64,000 bases of DNA from Actinomycetota bacterium. GTDB lineage: Bacteria; Actinomycetota; Aquicultoria; UBA3085; Oleimmundimicrobiaceae. The notes beneath the pieces are model-generated. The model had not been told where the DNA came from. It ran no database searches and saw only the letters and a list, made by a program, of their open reading frames with translations. Every line of letters starts with the position of its first letter. Position 1 is the stretch's first letter. Below are positions 41,823 to 52,054 of the stretch, piece by piece. The stretch lies in NCBI GenBank assembly GCA_037441605.1, contig JBBIRY010000001.1, positions 377 through 64,376 on the forward strand. The letters are read 5' to 3'. Both the position numbers and the translations under genes were made by a program.

Positions 41823-41875
41823 AAAACCACTCAAAGGGGCGGGCTCATGCTGAGCCCGCCCCTTTGAGTGGTTTT
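41823..41875 (+). repeat. Perfect 25-bp-arm palindrome (AAAACCACTCAAAGGGGCGGGCTCA-TGC-TGAGCCCGCCCCTTTGAGTGGTTTT)
   Basis: Both arms were verified base by base. The element lies between the grx-like gene and nth. Confidence 0.9.
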
Positions 41876-41900
41876 AAGTCGAAAGAGAAGGGGCGCACCC

Positions 41901-42563
41901 GTGATCAAGAAGGATGATTTTGCCAGGTTTAAAGAGGTGATAATCGCCTCCTATCGCCCCCATCTCTGGCACGAAGGACTCACCCCTTTTCAGGTTCTCG
42001 TCTCCGTCGTCCTCTCCCAAGCGACCGAGCGGCGGGGCAACATCAAGGCCTACAAGAACCTTAAAAACCGCTTCGAAATAACCCCCCAAAACTTCAGAGA
42101 TATCTCCCAAGGTGAGCTTGCCGAGTTGATCAAGCCGGCCGGCCTTCACCAAAATAAGTCAAAGGTGCTCAAGGGGGCGGCGCTGGCGATAATCGAAGAT
42201 TATGGCGGCGATTTAGCCCGAATATTTGAGCCCATCGAAGAGGCGAGAGGAAGGCTGATAGCCCTACCCGGCGTTGGGGCAAAGACGGCTGATGTGGTCT
42301 TGGCTTTGGCTGCTCACCAAGGGGTCTTTCCCGTCGACACCCACATCGCAAGAATCGCAAAAAGGCTCCCATTGGTCGGCCAGGAAGCTAAGTACGAAGA
42401 GATCAAGGCGGCCTATGAGAGCTGGACGCCAAAGGAAGAGAGACTCTTCCTTCACATGGCCCTAATAGAGCATGGCCGAAAGGTCTGCAAGAGCCAGCAT
42501 CCAAGATGTGGGGCATGTCAAATAAAGGATATCTGCGGCCGGGTCGGGGTCGACTCTTCTTGA
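41901..42563 (+). CDS. nth: Endonuclease III (HhH-GPD base-excision DNA glycosylase with a 4Fe-4S cluster)
   Basis: The HhH motif is LIALPGVGAKTADVVL and the catalytic PVDTHI is present. The FeS cluster loop is CKSQHPRCGACQIKDIC. The start was set at the GTG after GAGAAGGGG; the track ORF starts 11 codons upstream. Confidence 0.8.
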   Translation: MIKKDDFARFKEVIIASYRPHLWHEGLTPFQVLVSVVLSQATERRGNIKAYKNLKNRFEITPQNFRDISQGELAELIKPAGLHQNKSKVLKGAALAIIEDYGGDLARIFEPIEEARGRLIALPGVGAKTADVVLALAAHQGVFPVDTHIARIAKRLPLVGQEAKYEEIKAAYESWTPKEERLFLHMALIEHGRKVCKSQHPRCGACQIKDICGRVGVDSS

Positions 42564-42659
42564 GACTAGCTCCGCTTTGAAGGCGGCCAAAAGATTTTAA
42601 ATTTAAAAAAGAGTATAATTGCAAACCATAAGGGCATAAAGGAGGGGCTTTAAGCTCAA

Positions 42660-43139
42660 ATGGCGCCTTTAAAGGAGTATCGAGAGAAGCGCGATTTCAA
42701 ATCGACCCCAGAACCCGTGGGCGAGGCGGTCAAAGAGGGCGAGAACCGCTTTGTGGTCCAAGAGCACCATGCCACAAGCCACCATTTTGACTTTCGCCTG
42801 GAGCTTGCCGCCACGATCGACGGAACCGACTATGTCTTGAAATCTTGGGCCGTGCCCAAAGGGGTGCCGACCGAGATAGGAGTCAAACGTCTGGCCATCG
42901 AGGTTGAAGACCACCCGGTTGGCTACATCGATTTTGAGGGCGAGATACCCGAGGGCCAGTACGGCGCGGGCAAGGTTGAGATCTTCGACAGCGGAACCTT
43001 CACTCTTTTAAAACGAGACCAAAAGGAGGTCGAGGTCGTATTGAGCGGAGCGGTCCTTAAGGGACGATACGTCTTGATACATACCGGCTTTCAGGGCGGC
43101 AAGGGCTGGCTCATCTTTAAAGCCAAGGACAAGGGGTAG
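42660..43139 (+). CDS. Standalone DNA ligase D 3'-phosphoesterase (LigD-PE) domain protein
   Basis: YREKRDFKSTPEP, FVVQEHHATSHHFDFRLE, SWAVPKGVP, VEDHPVGYIDFEGEIPEGQYGAGKV and GRYVLIHT all match the LigD N-terminal phosphoesterase domain. Length is 159 aa. Confidence 0.75.
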   Translation: MAPLKEYREKRDFKSTPEPVGEAVKEGENRFVVQEHHATSHHFDFRLELAATIDGTDYVLKSWAVPKGVPTEIGVKRLAIEVEDHPVGYIDFEGEIPEGQYGAGKVEIFDSGTFTLLKRDQKEVEVVLSGAVLKGRYVLIHTGFQGGKGWLIFKAKDKG

Positions 43140-43142
43140 GGC

Positions 43143-43463
43143 TTGGCGGACTTTATCTTGATATATATGACCGCATCCGATCTGAATGAGGCGAGACGGA
43201 TCTCCTCAGCTCTCTTAGAGAAGAGGCTCGTCGCTTGTGCCAACATCATCCCTTCTGTCGAATCCCACTACCACTGGCAGGGAAAAGTCGAGGAGGCCAG
43301 CGAAGTTGTCGTGATATATAAGACTCAAAAGGATAAGTTCGAGGCGGTGGCGGCCGAGATCAAAGGGACCCACTCTTATGAGGTTCCGGCCATCGTCTCT
43401 TTCGATATAACCGAGGGCGATCCGGCCTATCTCAAATGGATCGAGAAGGAGACGAGTGAATAG
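43143..43463 (+). CDS. cutA: Divalent-cation tolerance protein CutA
   Basis: A 106-aa protein, LIYMTASDLNEARRISSALLEKRLVACANIIPSVESHYHWQGKVEEASEVVVIYKT, typical of CutA1. Confidence 0.8.
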   Translation: MADFILIYMTASDLNEARRISSALLEKRLVACANIIPSVESHYHWQGKVEEASEVVVIYKTQKDKFEAVAAEIKGTHSYEVPAIVSFDITEGDPAYLKWIEKETSE

Positions 43464-43465
43464 AT

Positions 43466-44422
43466 ATGAAAAAAGGAATTAAGATAGCGATCGGCTTGAC
43501 GGTCGCAGCCATACTTCTCCTTTACGTGTTCATCATAGCTTCGATCTTTTTCAGCTCCAAGGAATCGAGCGCAAGCTATGGGAAGGACGCCGTCGCCGTC
43601 ATCTCCTTAAGCGGGGTGATAGCAGACAGCAGCGGCGATTCGGATCCTTTCGGCTCGGTGGTCGGGATAACCCCAAGTTTTGTCCGGGGTGAGCTTGGAA
43701 AGGCTTTGGATGACCCATTCGTCAAAGCGGTCGTCCTAAAAGTCAATAGCCCGGGTGGCTCGGCCGCCGCCTCTCAAGAGATAGCCGCCGAAATCAAGAG
43801 GTTCAAAAAAGAAAAACCGGTCGTCGTTTTGGTCGGCGATATGGCCGCTTCCGGCGGGTATTATGTCTTAGCTCCTTGCGATAGCATCGTGGCCAAACAG
43901 GGAAGCCTGGTTGGAAGCATCGGGGTCATCTCCCAATTTACCGATCTGTCCGGCCTTTATGAGAAGCTTGGCATCAAGGTTCAAACCGTCAAATCGGGGG
44001 CTCACAAGGACATGGGGGCCCGGGCCTTAACCCAAAAGGAGCTCGCCAAATGGCAGGCGCTCTCCGACGAGATCTACGAGGAGTTCATAAAAGAGGTGGC
44101 AGAGGGGCGCAAACTTGAGATAAGCGAGGTGCGCTCCCTTGCGACAGGGGAACTCTTTACCGGCAGCCAAGCTAAGGAGCTTAAGCTCATCGACCACGTC
44201 GGCGACTACCAAAAGGCGATAGACGTCGCAGCCGAGCTGGCTGAGATAGAGGACCCAGTGATCATCGAGCATGAGGGGCCATCATTATTCGATGCCCTCT
44301 TCGGTCTTTCGGCGGCCGATCTTGATAGGTTCATCAAGGCCAAAGTCTTCGGTGTGGAATATGCCGTCTTGGATTCCTTAAAAGAAGGGGCGGCCACGCC
44401 CAAATATCAGCTTATAAGGTGA
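43466..44422 (+). CDS. sppA: Signal peptide peptidase SppA (36K type)
   Basis: An N-terminal TM helix, the ClpP/crotonase-like region LKVNSPGGSAAASQEIAAEI and the catalytic GDMAASGGYY are present. Confidence 0.8.
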   Translation: MKKGIKIAIGLTVAAILLLYVFIIASIFFSSKESSASYGKDAVAVISLSGVIADSSGDSDPFGSVVGITPSFVRGELGKALDDPFVKAVVLKVNSPGGSAAASQEIAAEIKRFKKEKPVVVLVGDMAASGGYYVLAPCDSIVAKQGSLVGSIGVISQFTDLSGLYEKLGIKVQTVKSGAHKDMGARALTQKELAKWQALSDEIYEEFIKEVAEGRKLEISEVRSLATGELFTGSQAKELKLIDHVGDYQKAIDVAAELAEIEDPVIIEHEGPSLFDALFGLSAADLDRFIKAKVFGVEYAVLDSLKEGAATPKYQLIR

Positions 44423-44510
44423 GTCGACTCTCGCTCTTAAGATCCTTGTAAAAGATTTATCGCACTTCTTGTTTGGGCGAGAAGATTTCCACCCGTGAAA
44501 GGAGCAGGCT

Positions 44511-45113
44511 TTGGATACTTTTAAAGCCATAATTTCCAGAAGGAGCTGTCGTCATTTTGATGGCCGGCCGATACCAGGCGAGATCGTTGAGGACTTGATG
44601 AGGGCCGCTTGCTCGGCTCCATCCGCTCACAACAGCCAGCCTTGGCAGTTCATGATCGTAAAGGGTGAAAAGAAGGCCGCTTTGGCCTCGCTCTTTCTTA
44701 CCGTCTCCAGCGAGGAGAGGTATAAGGAGTATACCGGCTTCTATGTCAACCGTCTTCTTAAGTATTCCAGCCGGATGCTTGAGGAGGCGCCGCTCGTCGT
44801 TGCCGTCTTCAATAGGGGAAGCTTCACAAAAGAGGCGGCCAAATACTTCGGCCGGACCAAACGGGAGTTTCTGCATCTGATGGAGGTCCAGAGCGTGGCC
44901 GCCGCCATTGAAAACCTGCTCATTGCTGCCGAAAGCTTCGGTCTTGGCAGCGTCTGGCTGGGCGTGCCGCTACTAATTCCCGAAGAGTTGATTGAAGACT
45001 TCTTTAGAACCAAGGATGAACTGATGGCCATCTTGCCGCTCGGCTATCCAACCAAGCGCCGTTTGATTGAAAAAAGAATCGAGATCGGTGAGCGGGTAAG
45101 CCATCTTGATTGA
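44511..45113 (+). CDS. Nitroreductase-family protein
   Basis: AIISRRSCRHFDGRPIP...APSAHNSQPWQF is the nitroreductase signature. Confidence 0.8.
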   Translation: MDTFKAIISRRSCRHFDGRPIPGEIVEDLMRAACSAPSAHNSQPWQFMIVKGEKKAALASLFLTVSSEERYKEYTGFYVNRLLKYSSRMLEEAPLVVAVFNRGSFTKEAAKYFGRTKREFLHLMEVQSVAAAIENLLIAAESFGLGSVWLGVPLLIPEELIEDFFRTKDELMAILPLGYPTKRRLIEKRIEIGERVSHLD

Positions 45114-45146
45114 GGCTGAAAAAAATCATCTTCTTTAGGGGGAGAT

Positions 45147-45965
45147 TTGCCGGAACTACCCGAGGTTGAGACGATAAAAAGGCAGCTTGAAGGGCTACTC
45201 TTTAGCAAGAGCTTCGATGAGGTTAACGTCATCTCGAAAAAGCCCCTGAGCGGGCTCGACGAGAGCGAATTTATTCGAGCTGTAAAAGGGGCCCGGATAA
45301 CCGGGGTTAAGAGGCGGGCTAAGATACTCATCATCCAGCTTTCAAACGGCTTCAGTCTTCTCATCCACCTCAAGATGACTGGCCGCCTCCTCTACATGGG
45401 CCCTAATGAGCCGGTCACAAAACATGCCCACATCATCTTCTCTCTTTCGGATGGGATGACTTTAAGATTTTGGGATATGCGCAAGTTCGGCTATGTCAAG
45501 CTGGCCCAAAGAGAGCTAAGCGAGATCGAAGAGCTGAAGGCACTTGGCCCCGAAGCCTTGGAGCTTAGCGAGGAGGAGTTCGTAGCGCTTGCTAAAACCA
45601 AACGCTCGGGCAGGATAAAGCAGGTCTTGATGGATCAGAATTTTCTGGCCGGAGTCGGCAACATCTACTCCGACGAAGCTCTCTTTTTGGCCGGGATCAA
45701 CCCTCAAAGAAACATCGCCACGTTGAGCGACGATGTTCTAAGGCTCCTCTTTCGGGCGATTCGTCAAGTCCTCTTGGAGGCGATAGAGGCGAAAGGTTCC
45801 TCGGTTGGCGATTATGTCGACGCCTTTGGAAACGAGGGTAGTTACGTCAAAAAGCACCGGGTTTACGGCAAATTTGGCAAGAGTTGCCCCCGCTGCAAGG
45901 CCAAGGTGGATCGGGTAAGGCTTGGTGGGCGAAGCGCTCACTTCTGCCCCGCTTGCCAGAAATGA
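45147..45965 (+). CDS. mutM: Formamidopyrimidine-DNA glycosylase
   Basis: The N-terminus is MPELPEVE and the C-terminal zinc finger is CPRCKAKVDRVRLGGRSAHFCPAC. Confidence 0.9.
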   Translation: MPELPEVETIKRQLEGLLFSKSFDEVNVISKKPLSGLDESEFIRAVKGARITGVKRRAKILIIQLSNGFSLLIHLKMTGRLLYMGPNEPVTKHAHIIFSLSDGMTLRFWDMRKFGYVKLAQRELSEIEELKALGPEALELSEEEFVALAKTKRSGRIKQVLMDQNFLAGVGNIYSDEALFLAGINPQRNIATLSDDVLRLLFRAIRQVLLEAIEAKGSSVGDYVDAFGNEGSYVKKHRVYGKFGKSCPRCKAKVDRVRLGGRSAHFCPACQK

Positions 45966-46055
45966 TCACCTCTTCCAAAGAGGCTTCTTCCTTGCCTCTT
46001 CATCCCCGTTGCTCTAAAATTACCTTGGTTTTTAATGTTGATATTTGGAGGAGAA

Positions 46056-46940
46056 ATGGTTAGAACGGGAACGCTGAAAGTTAAAACGGGTCTCGCCGAA
46101 ATGCTTAAGGGCGGCGTGATAATGGATGTGACCGATGCCGAGCAGGCTAGAATAGCGGAAGAAGCGGGCGCCGTTGCCGTCATGGCCTTGGAGAGGGTCC
46201 CGGCCGATATCAGGGCGGCCGGCGGGGTGGCCCGGATGGCCGATCCCTTGATAATCGAAGAGATAATGGGCGCGGTCACCATCCCAGTCATGGCCAAGGT
46301 GAGGATCGGCCACTTCGTCGAGGCCAAGGTCTTGGAGTCTCTCGGGGTCGATTATATCGATGAGAGCGAGGTCTTAACCCCGGCCGATGAGGCCAATCAC
46401 ATAGACAAGCAGGCTTTTACCATTCCCTTCGTCTGCGGGGCAATCAACTTGGGAGAAGCCCTTCGCCGGATCGGCGAAGGAGCGGCCATGATCCGCACCA
46501 AGGGCGAGGCCGGGACAGGCAACGTCGTCGAGGCCGTTCGCCATATGCGCACCATCGTCGGGGAGATGAATTGGCTAAAGGGCCTTGCTAAAGAGGAGCT
46601 GATGGCCGCGGCCAAGAAGCTCATGGCTCCTTACGAGTTGGTCTTGATGGTGGCCGAGACGGGCAAGCTTCCGGTGGTCAACTTCTCTGCCGGCGGCATC
46701 GCCACCCCGGCCGATGCGGCCCTGATGATGCAGCTTGGAGCCGAAGGCGTCTTTGTCGGGTCGGGCATCTTCAAGTCGAATGATCCCAAGGCCAGAGCCA
46801 AGGCGATCGTCGAGGCGACCACCCACTACGACGATCCGGCCGTCATCGCCGAAGCCTCCAAGGGGATCGGCGAGGCGATGAAGGGACTGGATATCAGAGA
46901 GATCGACCAGGATAAATTGATCCAGACTCGCGGCTGGTAG
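46056..46940 (+). CDS. pdxS: Pyridoxal 5'-phosphate synthase lyase subunit PdxS
   Basis: [35 protein letters not shown] is the PdxS signature. The start is the ATG after GGAGGAG. Confidence 0.9.
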   Translation: MVRTGTLKVKTGLAEMLKGGVIMDVTDAEQARIAEEAGAVAVMALERVPADIRAAGGVARMADPLIIEEIMGAVTIPVMAKVRIGHFVEAKVLESLGVDYIDESEVLTPADEANHIDKQAFTIPFVCGAINLGEALRRIGEGAAMIRTKGEAGTGNVVEAVRHMRTIVGEMNWLKGLAKEELMAAAKKLMAPYELVLMVAETGKLPVVNFSAGGIATPADAALMMQLGAEGVFVGSGIFKSNDPKARAKAIVEATTHYDDPAVIAEASKGIGEAMKGLDIREIDQDKLIQTRGW

Positions 46941-46965
46941 ATTAATCCAAAGGGAAGATGGACAA

Positions 46966-47535
46966 GTGGCCAAGAGGATCGGCGTTCTGGCCCTCCAAGG
47001 GGCGGTCAGAGAACATCTTAAGATGATAGAGAGAGTCGGAGCTCATGGGGTGAGCATAAAGAATCCCCATGAGCTCTCAAATATTGACGGGCTCATCATT
47101 CCGGGCGGAGAGTCGACGACAATCTCCAAACTGATGAGGCGCTACGGGATGATGGAGCCGCTAAGAAAACTCGGCCAAAATGGCCTTCCCATCTTTGGCA
47201 CCTGCGCCGGGATGATTATGCTGGCCAAGGAGTTCATAGGCCAAGCCGAAGAGAGCCTTTCTCTCATGGATATTACGGTCAGAAGGAACGCTTTTGGCCG
47301 CCAAAGAGAGAGCTTCGAGGCGGAGCTTGAAGTAGAAGGTCTTATTGGCGAGCTCTTTTCGGCCGTCTTCATACGGGCTCCCTGGATAGAGCGGGCCTTT
47401 GAAGGGGCTGAAGTCTTAGCCGAATTTGAGGGCCACATCGTCATGGCTAAAGAGAAGAATCTTCTCGCCTCGGCCTTCCACCCCGAGCTTACCGATGACG
47501 TCCGCATTCACGAGCTCTTTTTGAAGATGCTATAG
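46966..47535 (+). CDS. pdxT: Pyridoxal 5'-phosphate synthase glutaminase subunit PdxT
   Basis: RIGVLALQGAVREHL and GTCAGMIML (the catalytic Cys) are present. Confidence 0.9.
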   Translation: MAKRIGVLALQGAVREHLKMIERVGAHGVSIKNPHELSNIDGLIIPGGESTTISKLMRRYGMMEPLRKLGQNGLPIFGTCAGMIMLAKEFIGQAEESLSLMDITVRRNAFGRQRESFEAELEVEGLIGELFSAVFIRAPWIERAFEGAEVLAEFEGHIVMAKEKNLLASAFHPELTDDVRIHELFLKML

Positions 47536-47544
47536 AAAGCGAAT

Positions 47545-47577
47545 AAAAAAAGGGAGGCCGTTTGGCCTCCCTTTTCT
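47545..47577. terminator. Bidirectional rho-independent terminator (AAAAAAA-GGGAGGCC-GTTT-GGCCTCCC-TTTTCT)
   Basis: It lies between convergent pdxT and the ferredoxin gene, with A- and T-tracts on both sides of the stem. Confidence 0.8.
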
Positions 47578-47586
47578 AAGTTTACT

Positions 47587-47772
47587 CTAGTCTTCCTCGA
47601 TGACTATCGCTTCCATCGGGCATTCCTCGGCGCAGACTCCACAACCATCGCAGGTCTCCTCGTTGGTTGGAACGGAGATGTCATCTACAAGCTCTAAAAC
47701 ATCGTTCGGGCAGGCATCAACACAGATACCGCATCCGGTGCACTCATCACTGTCTACGATCGGTCTTGGCAT
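47587..47772 (-). CDS. 2x[4Fe-4S] ferredoxin
   Basis: A 61-aa protein with CTGCGICVDACP and CDGCGVCAEECP. Confidence 0.85.
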   Translation of the reverse strand: MPRPIVDSDECTGCGICVDACPNDVLELVDDISVPTNEETCDGCGVCAEECPMEAIVIEED

Positions 47773-47929
47773 GGGCTTCCTCCTCGAGATTTTTATTCTG
47801 TGCGCTTAAGCTTGCGCATAACCACACTTATACATAAAGAGAAATCGTTTGTAAAGACGAAATTTAGATTTTACTTAGAATTATCCCCCCATACTTATTC
47901 GGGTCGCATATTTATCGGATCCACAAAAT

Positions 47930-47972
47930 TTGACATCAATAGACTTAGATTTTATAATTAGTTTACACTAAA
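47930..47972 (+). promoter_or_regulatory. dnaK operon promoter with a candidate HspR operator. Consensus -35 TTGACA, 17-nt spacer, consensus -10 TATAAT. An inverted repeat TTAGT-TTAC-ACTAA lies at 47959-47972, right after the -10.
   Basis: Both hexamers are exact. The inverted repeat position is typical of a repressor operator. No CIRCE element was seen. Confidence 0.6.
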
Positions 47973-48002
47973 ATTAAGAACCAGATTTAAGGAGTGATAG
48001 AA

Positions 48003-49844
48003 ATGGCTAAAGTTTTAGGTATCGATCTTGGTACCACCAACTCTTGTATGGCTGTTCTCGAAGGAGGAGAGCCGACGGTAATCCCCAACGCTGAGGGCGG
48101 TAGGGTTACCCCGTCGGTCGTTGCCTTCTCTAAGGGCGGAGAGGTTCTGGTCGGCGAGGTTGCCAAGAGGCAGGCCATCGTCAACCCGGAGCATACCATC
48201 CGCTCCATCAAGCGGAAGATGGGCACCAAGGATAAGGTTAAGATCGAGGGGAAGGACTATACTCCCGAGCAGATTTCCGCCTTCATCCTGCAGAAACTCA
48301 AGAGGGACGCTGAGAGCTACCTGGGAGAAAAGATCACCCAGGCCGTCATCACCGTGCCTGCCTATTTCGATGATGGCCAGAGGACGGCGACCAAGGACGC
48401 CGGCGCCATCGCCGGACTTGAGGTCCTTCGCATCATCAACGAGCCGACGGCAGCTTCCTTGGCCTACGGTCTTGGCAAGGACAAGGAAGAGACGATCTTA
48501 GTCTTCGACCTTGGCGGCGGAACCTTCGACGTTTCGATTCTCGAGCTAGGCGAAGGCGTCTTTGAGGTCAAGTCGACCAGCGGCGACACCCATTTGGGCG
48601 GCGACGACTGGGATCAGAGGATCATCGACTGGATGGTAGAGGACTTCAAATCCAAAAACGGAGTCGATCTGGCCAAGGATAAGATGGCCCTTCAAAGGCT
48701 GAAAGAGGCGGCCGAAAAGGCCAAGGTCGAGCTGTCTTCGACCCAATCGACAAGCACAAATCTTCCCTTCATCACCGCAAGTGATCAGGGTCCGCTCCAT
48801 TTGGATATGACGCTCACCCGCTCCGAATTTCAGAAGATGACTTCGGATCTGCTTGATAAATGCGTTGCCGCCTTCAACCGAGCGGTCGATGATGCCAAAA
48901 TAAAAGTGGCCGATCTCGACCATGTCATTTTGGTTGGCGGCTCGACCCGTATGCCAGCCGTTCACGATCTGGTCAAGAAGCTGGCTGGCAAGGAGCCCCA
49001 TAAGGGAGTCAACCCCGACGAGGTTGTGGCGGTGGGCGCTTCGATTCAGGCAGGCGTCCTCAAGGGCGAAGTCAAAGAGGTTCTTCTCTTGGATGTCACC
49101 CCGCTCTCTCTTGGCATCGAGACCAAGGGCGCAATCTTCACCAAGCTCATCGAGAGGAATACCACTATCCCGACGAGAAAGAGCGAGATTTTCACGACCG
49201 CAGAGGATGGTCAAAGCAGCGTCGAGATCCACGTCCTCCAGGGCGAGCGCCCAATGGTCTCGGGCAATAAGACGCTCGGCCGGTTCCATCTGGTCGGCAT
49301 TCCCGCCGCGCCAAGGGGCATCCCGCAGATTGAGGTGGCCTTCGACATCGATGCCAACGGCATCACCCACGTCTCGGCCAAAGATCTTGGCACTGGCAAG
49401 GAGCAGGCCATGACAGTCACCGGAACCTCCTCGCTCTCGAGCGAAGAGATCGACAAGATGGTCAAAGAGGCCGAATCGCACGCGGCCGAGGATGCGAAGA
49501 AGAAAGAGGAGGCTGAGGCGAGAAACAATGCCGACAACCTCGTCTACAATACCGAAAAGAGCTTAAGCGAAGCCAAGGATAAGCTCTCCGAAGAGGATAA
49601 AACCAATATCGAGGCGGCCTTGAAGGAAGCCAAAGAGGCCTTGAAGGGCAGCGATATCGAGAAGATCAAGGCCGCGGCCGAGAATCTTCAGCAGGCAGCC
49701 TATAAGCTCGCCGAAGTCCTCTATCAGCAGGCTCAAGCCGCCGAAGGCGCGGAAGCTTCAGGCGAAGCCTCCGCTCAGGGACAGTCCGAAGGAGAGGTCG
49801 TCGACGCCGACTATGAGGTCGTCGATGAGGATAACAAGGAATAA
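48003..49844 (+). CDS. dnaK: Molecular chaperone DnaK (Hsp70)
   Basis: [30 protein letters not shown], etc. The start is the ATG after AAGGAG. Confidence 0.95.
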   Translation: MAKVLGIDLGTTNSCMAVLEGGEPTVIPNAEGGRVTPSVVAFSKGGEVLVGEVAKRQAIVNPEHTIRSIKRKMGTKDKVKIEGKDYTPEQISAFILQKLKRDAESYLGEKITQAVITVPAYFDDGQRTATKDAGAIAGLEVLRIINEPTAASLAYGLGKDKEETILVFDLGGGTFDVSILELGEGVFEVKSTSGDTHLGGDDWDQRIIDWMVEDFKSKNGVDLAKDKMALQRLKEAAEKAKVELSSTQSTSTNLPFITASDQGPLHLDMTLTRSEFQKMTSDLLDKCVAAFNRAVDDAKIKVADLDHVILVGGSTRMPAVHDLVKKLAGKEPHKGVNPDEVVAVGASIQAGVLKGEVKEVLLLDVTPLSLGIETKGAIFTKLIERNTTIPTRKSEIFTTAEDGQSSVEIHVLQGERPMVSGNKTLGRFHLVGIPAAPRGIPQIEVAFDIDANGITHVSAKDLGTGKEQAMTVTGTSSLSSEEIDKMVKEAESHAAEDAKKKEEAEARNNADNLVYNTEKSLSEAKDKLSEEDKTNIEAALKEAKEALKGSDIEKIKAAAENLQQAAYKLAEVLYQQAQAAEGAEASGEASAQGQSEGEVVDADYEVVDEDNKE

Positions 49845-49865
49845 GGCGGCTCATTAAGAGATCAT

Positions 49866-49896
49866 CCGGGGTTGCAGACGAAACCGCAACCCCTTC
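49866..49896 (+). promoter_or_regulatory. Intra-operon stem-loop between dnaK and grpE (GGGGTTGC-AGACGAAACC-GCAACCCC), with no U-tract
   Basis: An 8-bp GC stem. It is a candidate attenuator or mRNA-stabilising hairpin that would set the dnaK to grpE/dnaJ ratio. Confidence 0.4.
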
Positions 49897-49917
49897 AAGC
49901 TTTAACCAGTCGGAGGT

Positions 49918-50484
49918 TTGCAGATGACTAAAGAAGAAAAGGAAAAGGCCCAGGCCGGCGAAGCGGAGCAAAAACATAAGGAAGATGAGGGCCACAGAGA
50001 GAAGAAGGACAAACTCGCCTCTTTAAAAGAAGAGCTCAAAAAGAAAGAGGAAGAGGCCGCCTCCTATCTCGATATGCTCCAAAGGCTCAAGGCCGAGTTC
50101 GAGAATTACAAGAAGAGAGTCGAGCGTGATCAAGCGGCCTTCTTCGAGATGGCATCGAAGGATATCATCCTAAAGACCCTGCCGGTTTTGGATAATTTAG
50201 AAAGAGCCCTTCAAGCTTTGAGCGGGGGGGCCGATCTAGACTCCTTCAAGAGGGGGATAGAGCTTGTGACCGGACAGTTTGGCGAGATACTTAAGAAGGA
50301 AGGGATCAGCGTCATCGATCCGGTCGGTCAAAAGTTTGACCCCACCCACCATGAGGCCTTCATGCAGGTCGAAAGCGATGACCATGAGGAAGGAAGAGTA
50401 GTCGAGGTCTTTCAGAAGGGCTATGCCATAAACGGTAAAGTCATCCGCCCGGCCGTGGTCAAGGTGGCTAAAGCCCGCTCTTAG
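49918..50484 (+). CDS. grpE: Nucleotide exchange factor GrpE
   Basis: A 188-aa protein with a coiled-coil N-terminus and the C-terminal motif GYAINGKVIRPAVVKVAK. Confidence 0.9.
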   Translation: MQMTKEEKEKAQAGEAEQKHKEDEGHREKKDKLASLKEELKKKEEEAASYLDMLQRLKAEFENYKKRVERDQAAFFEMASKDIILKTLPVLDNLERALQALSGGADLDSFKRGIELVTGQFGEILKKEGISVIDPVGQKFDPTHHEAFMQVESDDHEEGRVVEVFQKGYAINGKVIRPAVVKVAKARS

Positions 50485-50520
50485 ATTTTAACAAGACACA
50501 AATGAAGGAAGATAAGCAAT

Positions 50521-51633
50521 ATGCCTAATCATACTCGCAAGGATTACTACCAAATATTGGGCGTCGACAAGAAGGCAACGGCCGAGGAGATAAAGAAGGC
50601 CTACCGTAAGCTTGCCCGCGAGTACCACCCCGACAAGGCCGAGGAGGCCAAGAAGAAGGAGTCAGAGGAGAAATTCAAGGAGATCAGCGAGGCCTACGAG
50701 GTTCTCTCCGACGAGAAGAAGCGCTCCGATTACGATCGTGGGGTGAGCTACTTCACCTCGGGCGGGCCGGCGGGTGGGGCCGATCCGAGCTTCGGCGGTT
50801 TTGGAGATTTCGGACAGTTCTCCGATATCTTCAACATCTTCGGGATGGGCGGCTCGGCGAGAGGCCGCGGCTATGATATGCCAGAGCGCGGGCGCGATCT
50901 TCAATACAGCGTCCAGCTTTCATTCGACCAAGCTTATAACGGGGCCTCAATAAAACTCAACGTGACCAGGGAGAGTGCCTGTACGACTTGCTCTGGCAGT
51001 GGGGCAAAACCGGGAACTTCGCCCCGGGTCTGCTCATCCTGCGGCGGAAGCGGTCAGATCGCCCAGAATCAGGGTTTCTTCAGCATCAGCAGGCCCTGCC
51101 CGTCTTGCCTGGGCAAAGGGAAGATCATAGAGAGTCCCTGTCCGACCTGTAAGGCCAAGGGGCGGGCGACCAAGACCGAGCCGGTTAATGTGAAGATACC
51201 CCCCGGCGTTATCGATGGCTCTAGGATCCGGTTTCCTGGCAAAGGGGAGACTGGCTATAGAGGTGGTCCAAGCGGTGATCTCTACGTGATTACCAAGGTC
51301 AAGGCACACCCCGTCTTTAAGCGTGATGGCGGTGACATCCTGATGGATCTGCCGCTGAAATTCACCGAGGCGGCGCTTGGGGCCAAGATCAAGGTTCCGA
51401 CGATGGGCGGGGCGATATCGCTAAAGATTCCGCCCGGCACTCAAGACGGACAGGTCTTCTCGCTCAAGGGCAAGGGGGCGCCCCGTCTAAAGGGGCGCGG
51501 CAAGGGCGACATGTTGATCAAAGCCAAGATCTTTGTGCCAAAGGACGTAAAAGGAGAGAAGAAGGAGATTTTGGAGAAGCTTCAAGCGATTGACAAGGAT
51601 AACCCCAGAGAAAATCTGGATAAATTAGTATAA
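50521..51633 (+). CDS. dnaJ: Chaperone DnaJ
   Basis: The J-domain (YYQILGV..HPDK), a G/F region and four CxxCxGxG zinc-finger repeats are present. Confidence 0.9.
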   Translation: MPNHTRKDYYQILGVDKKATAEEIKKAYRKLAREYHPDKAEEAKKKESEEKFKEISEAYEVLSDEKKRSDYDRGVSYFTSGGPAGGADPSFGGFGDFGQFSDIFNIFGMGGSARGRGYDMPERGRDLQYSVQLSFDQAYNGASIKLNVTRESACTTCSGSGAKPGTSPRVCSSCGGSGQIAQNQGFFSISRPCPSCLGKGKIIESPCPTCKAKGRATKTEPVNVKIPPGVIDGSRIRFPGKGETGYRGGPSGDLYVITKVKAHPVFKRDGGDILMDLPLKFTEAALGAKIKVPTMGGAISLKIPPGTQDGQVFSLKGKGAPRLKGRGKGDMLIKAKIFVPKDVKGEKKEILEKLQAIDKDNPRENLDKLV

Positions 51634-51643
51634 AACGTAAGCG

Positions 51644-52054
51644 GTGAAAGAGATGGAAGGAAGAGATAAAAAAGGAGTCTATATGATTGGAGTGGCGGCC
51701 CGCCTTTTGGGCCTCCACCCCCAAACCCTTCGAACGTACGAGGCCAAGGAGATAATCTCGCCGTCCAGAAGCATTGGTAAGACCCGCCTCTATTCGGAGG
51801 AGGATATTGAGATGCTCAAATATATCCAGAAACTCACAAGCGATCTTGGAATTAACCTCTCCGGGGTCAAGATGATCATGGATCTGAACGAGCAGATAGA
51901 AGAGATGGACAAGAAGATGGATGAGATGAGAAGCCGGATGGACGAGATTCAAAGAGATATGGAAAAGAAGATCGATAGCGTCCATAAGAGCTATCGAAGA
52001 GATATAGTGCTAATCCCCAAGGGGAGCCTAGCAAAGAGAGAGGAGAGAAGGTGA
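51644..52054 (+). CDS. hspR: Heat-shock regulator HspR (MerR family)
   Basis: The MerR-type HTH is YMIGVAARLLGLHPQTLRTYEAKEIISPSRSIGKTRLYSEEDIEMLKYIQ. It is located after dnaJ, as in the actinobacterial dnaK operon. Confidence 0.85.
   Translation: MKEMEGRDKKGVYMIGVAARLLGLHPQTLRTYEAKEIISPSRSIGKTRLYSEEDIEMLKYIQKLTSDLGINLSGVKMIMDLNEQIEEMDKKMDEMRSRMDEIQRDMEKKIDSVHKSYRRDIVLIPKGSLAKREERR

Noticed and set aside
47780-48002. CIRCE/HrcA operator upstream of dnaK
   Set aside because: No TTAGCACTC-N9-GAGTGCTAA-like element is present and no hrcA gene is nearby. hspR is in the operon instead, so the regulation is of the HspR type.
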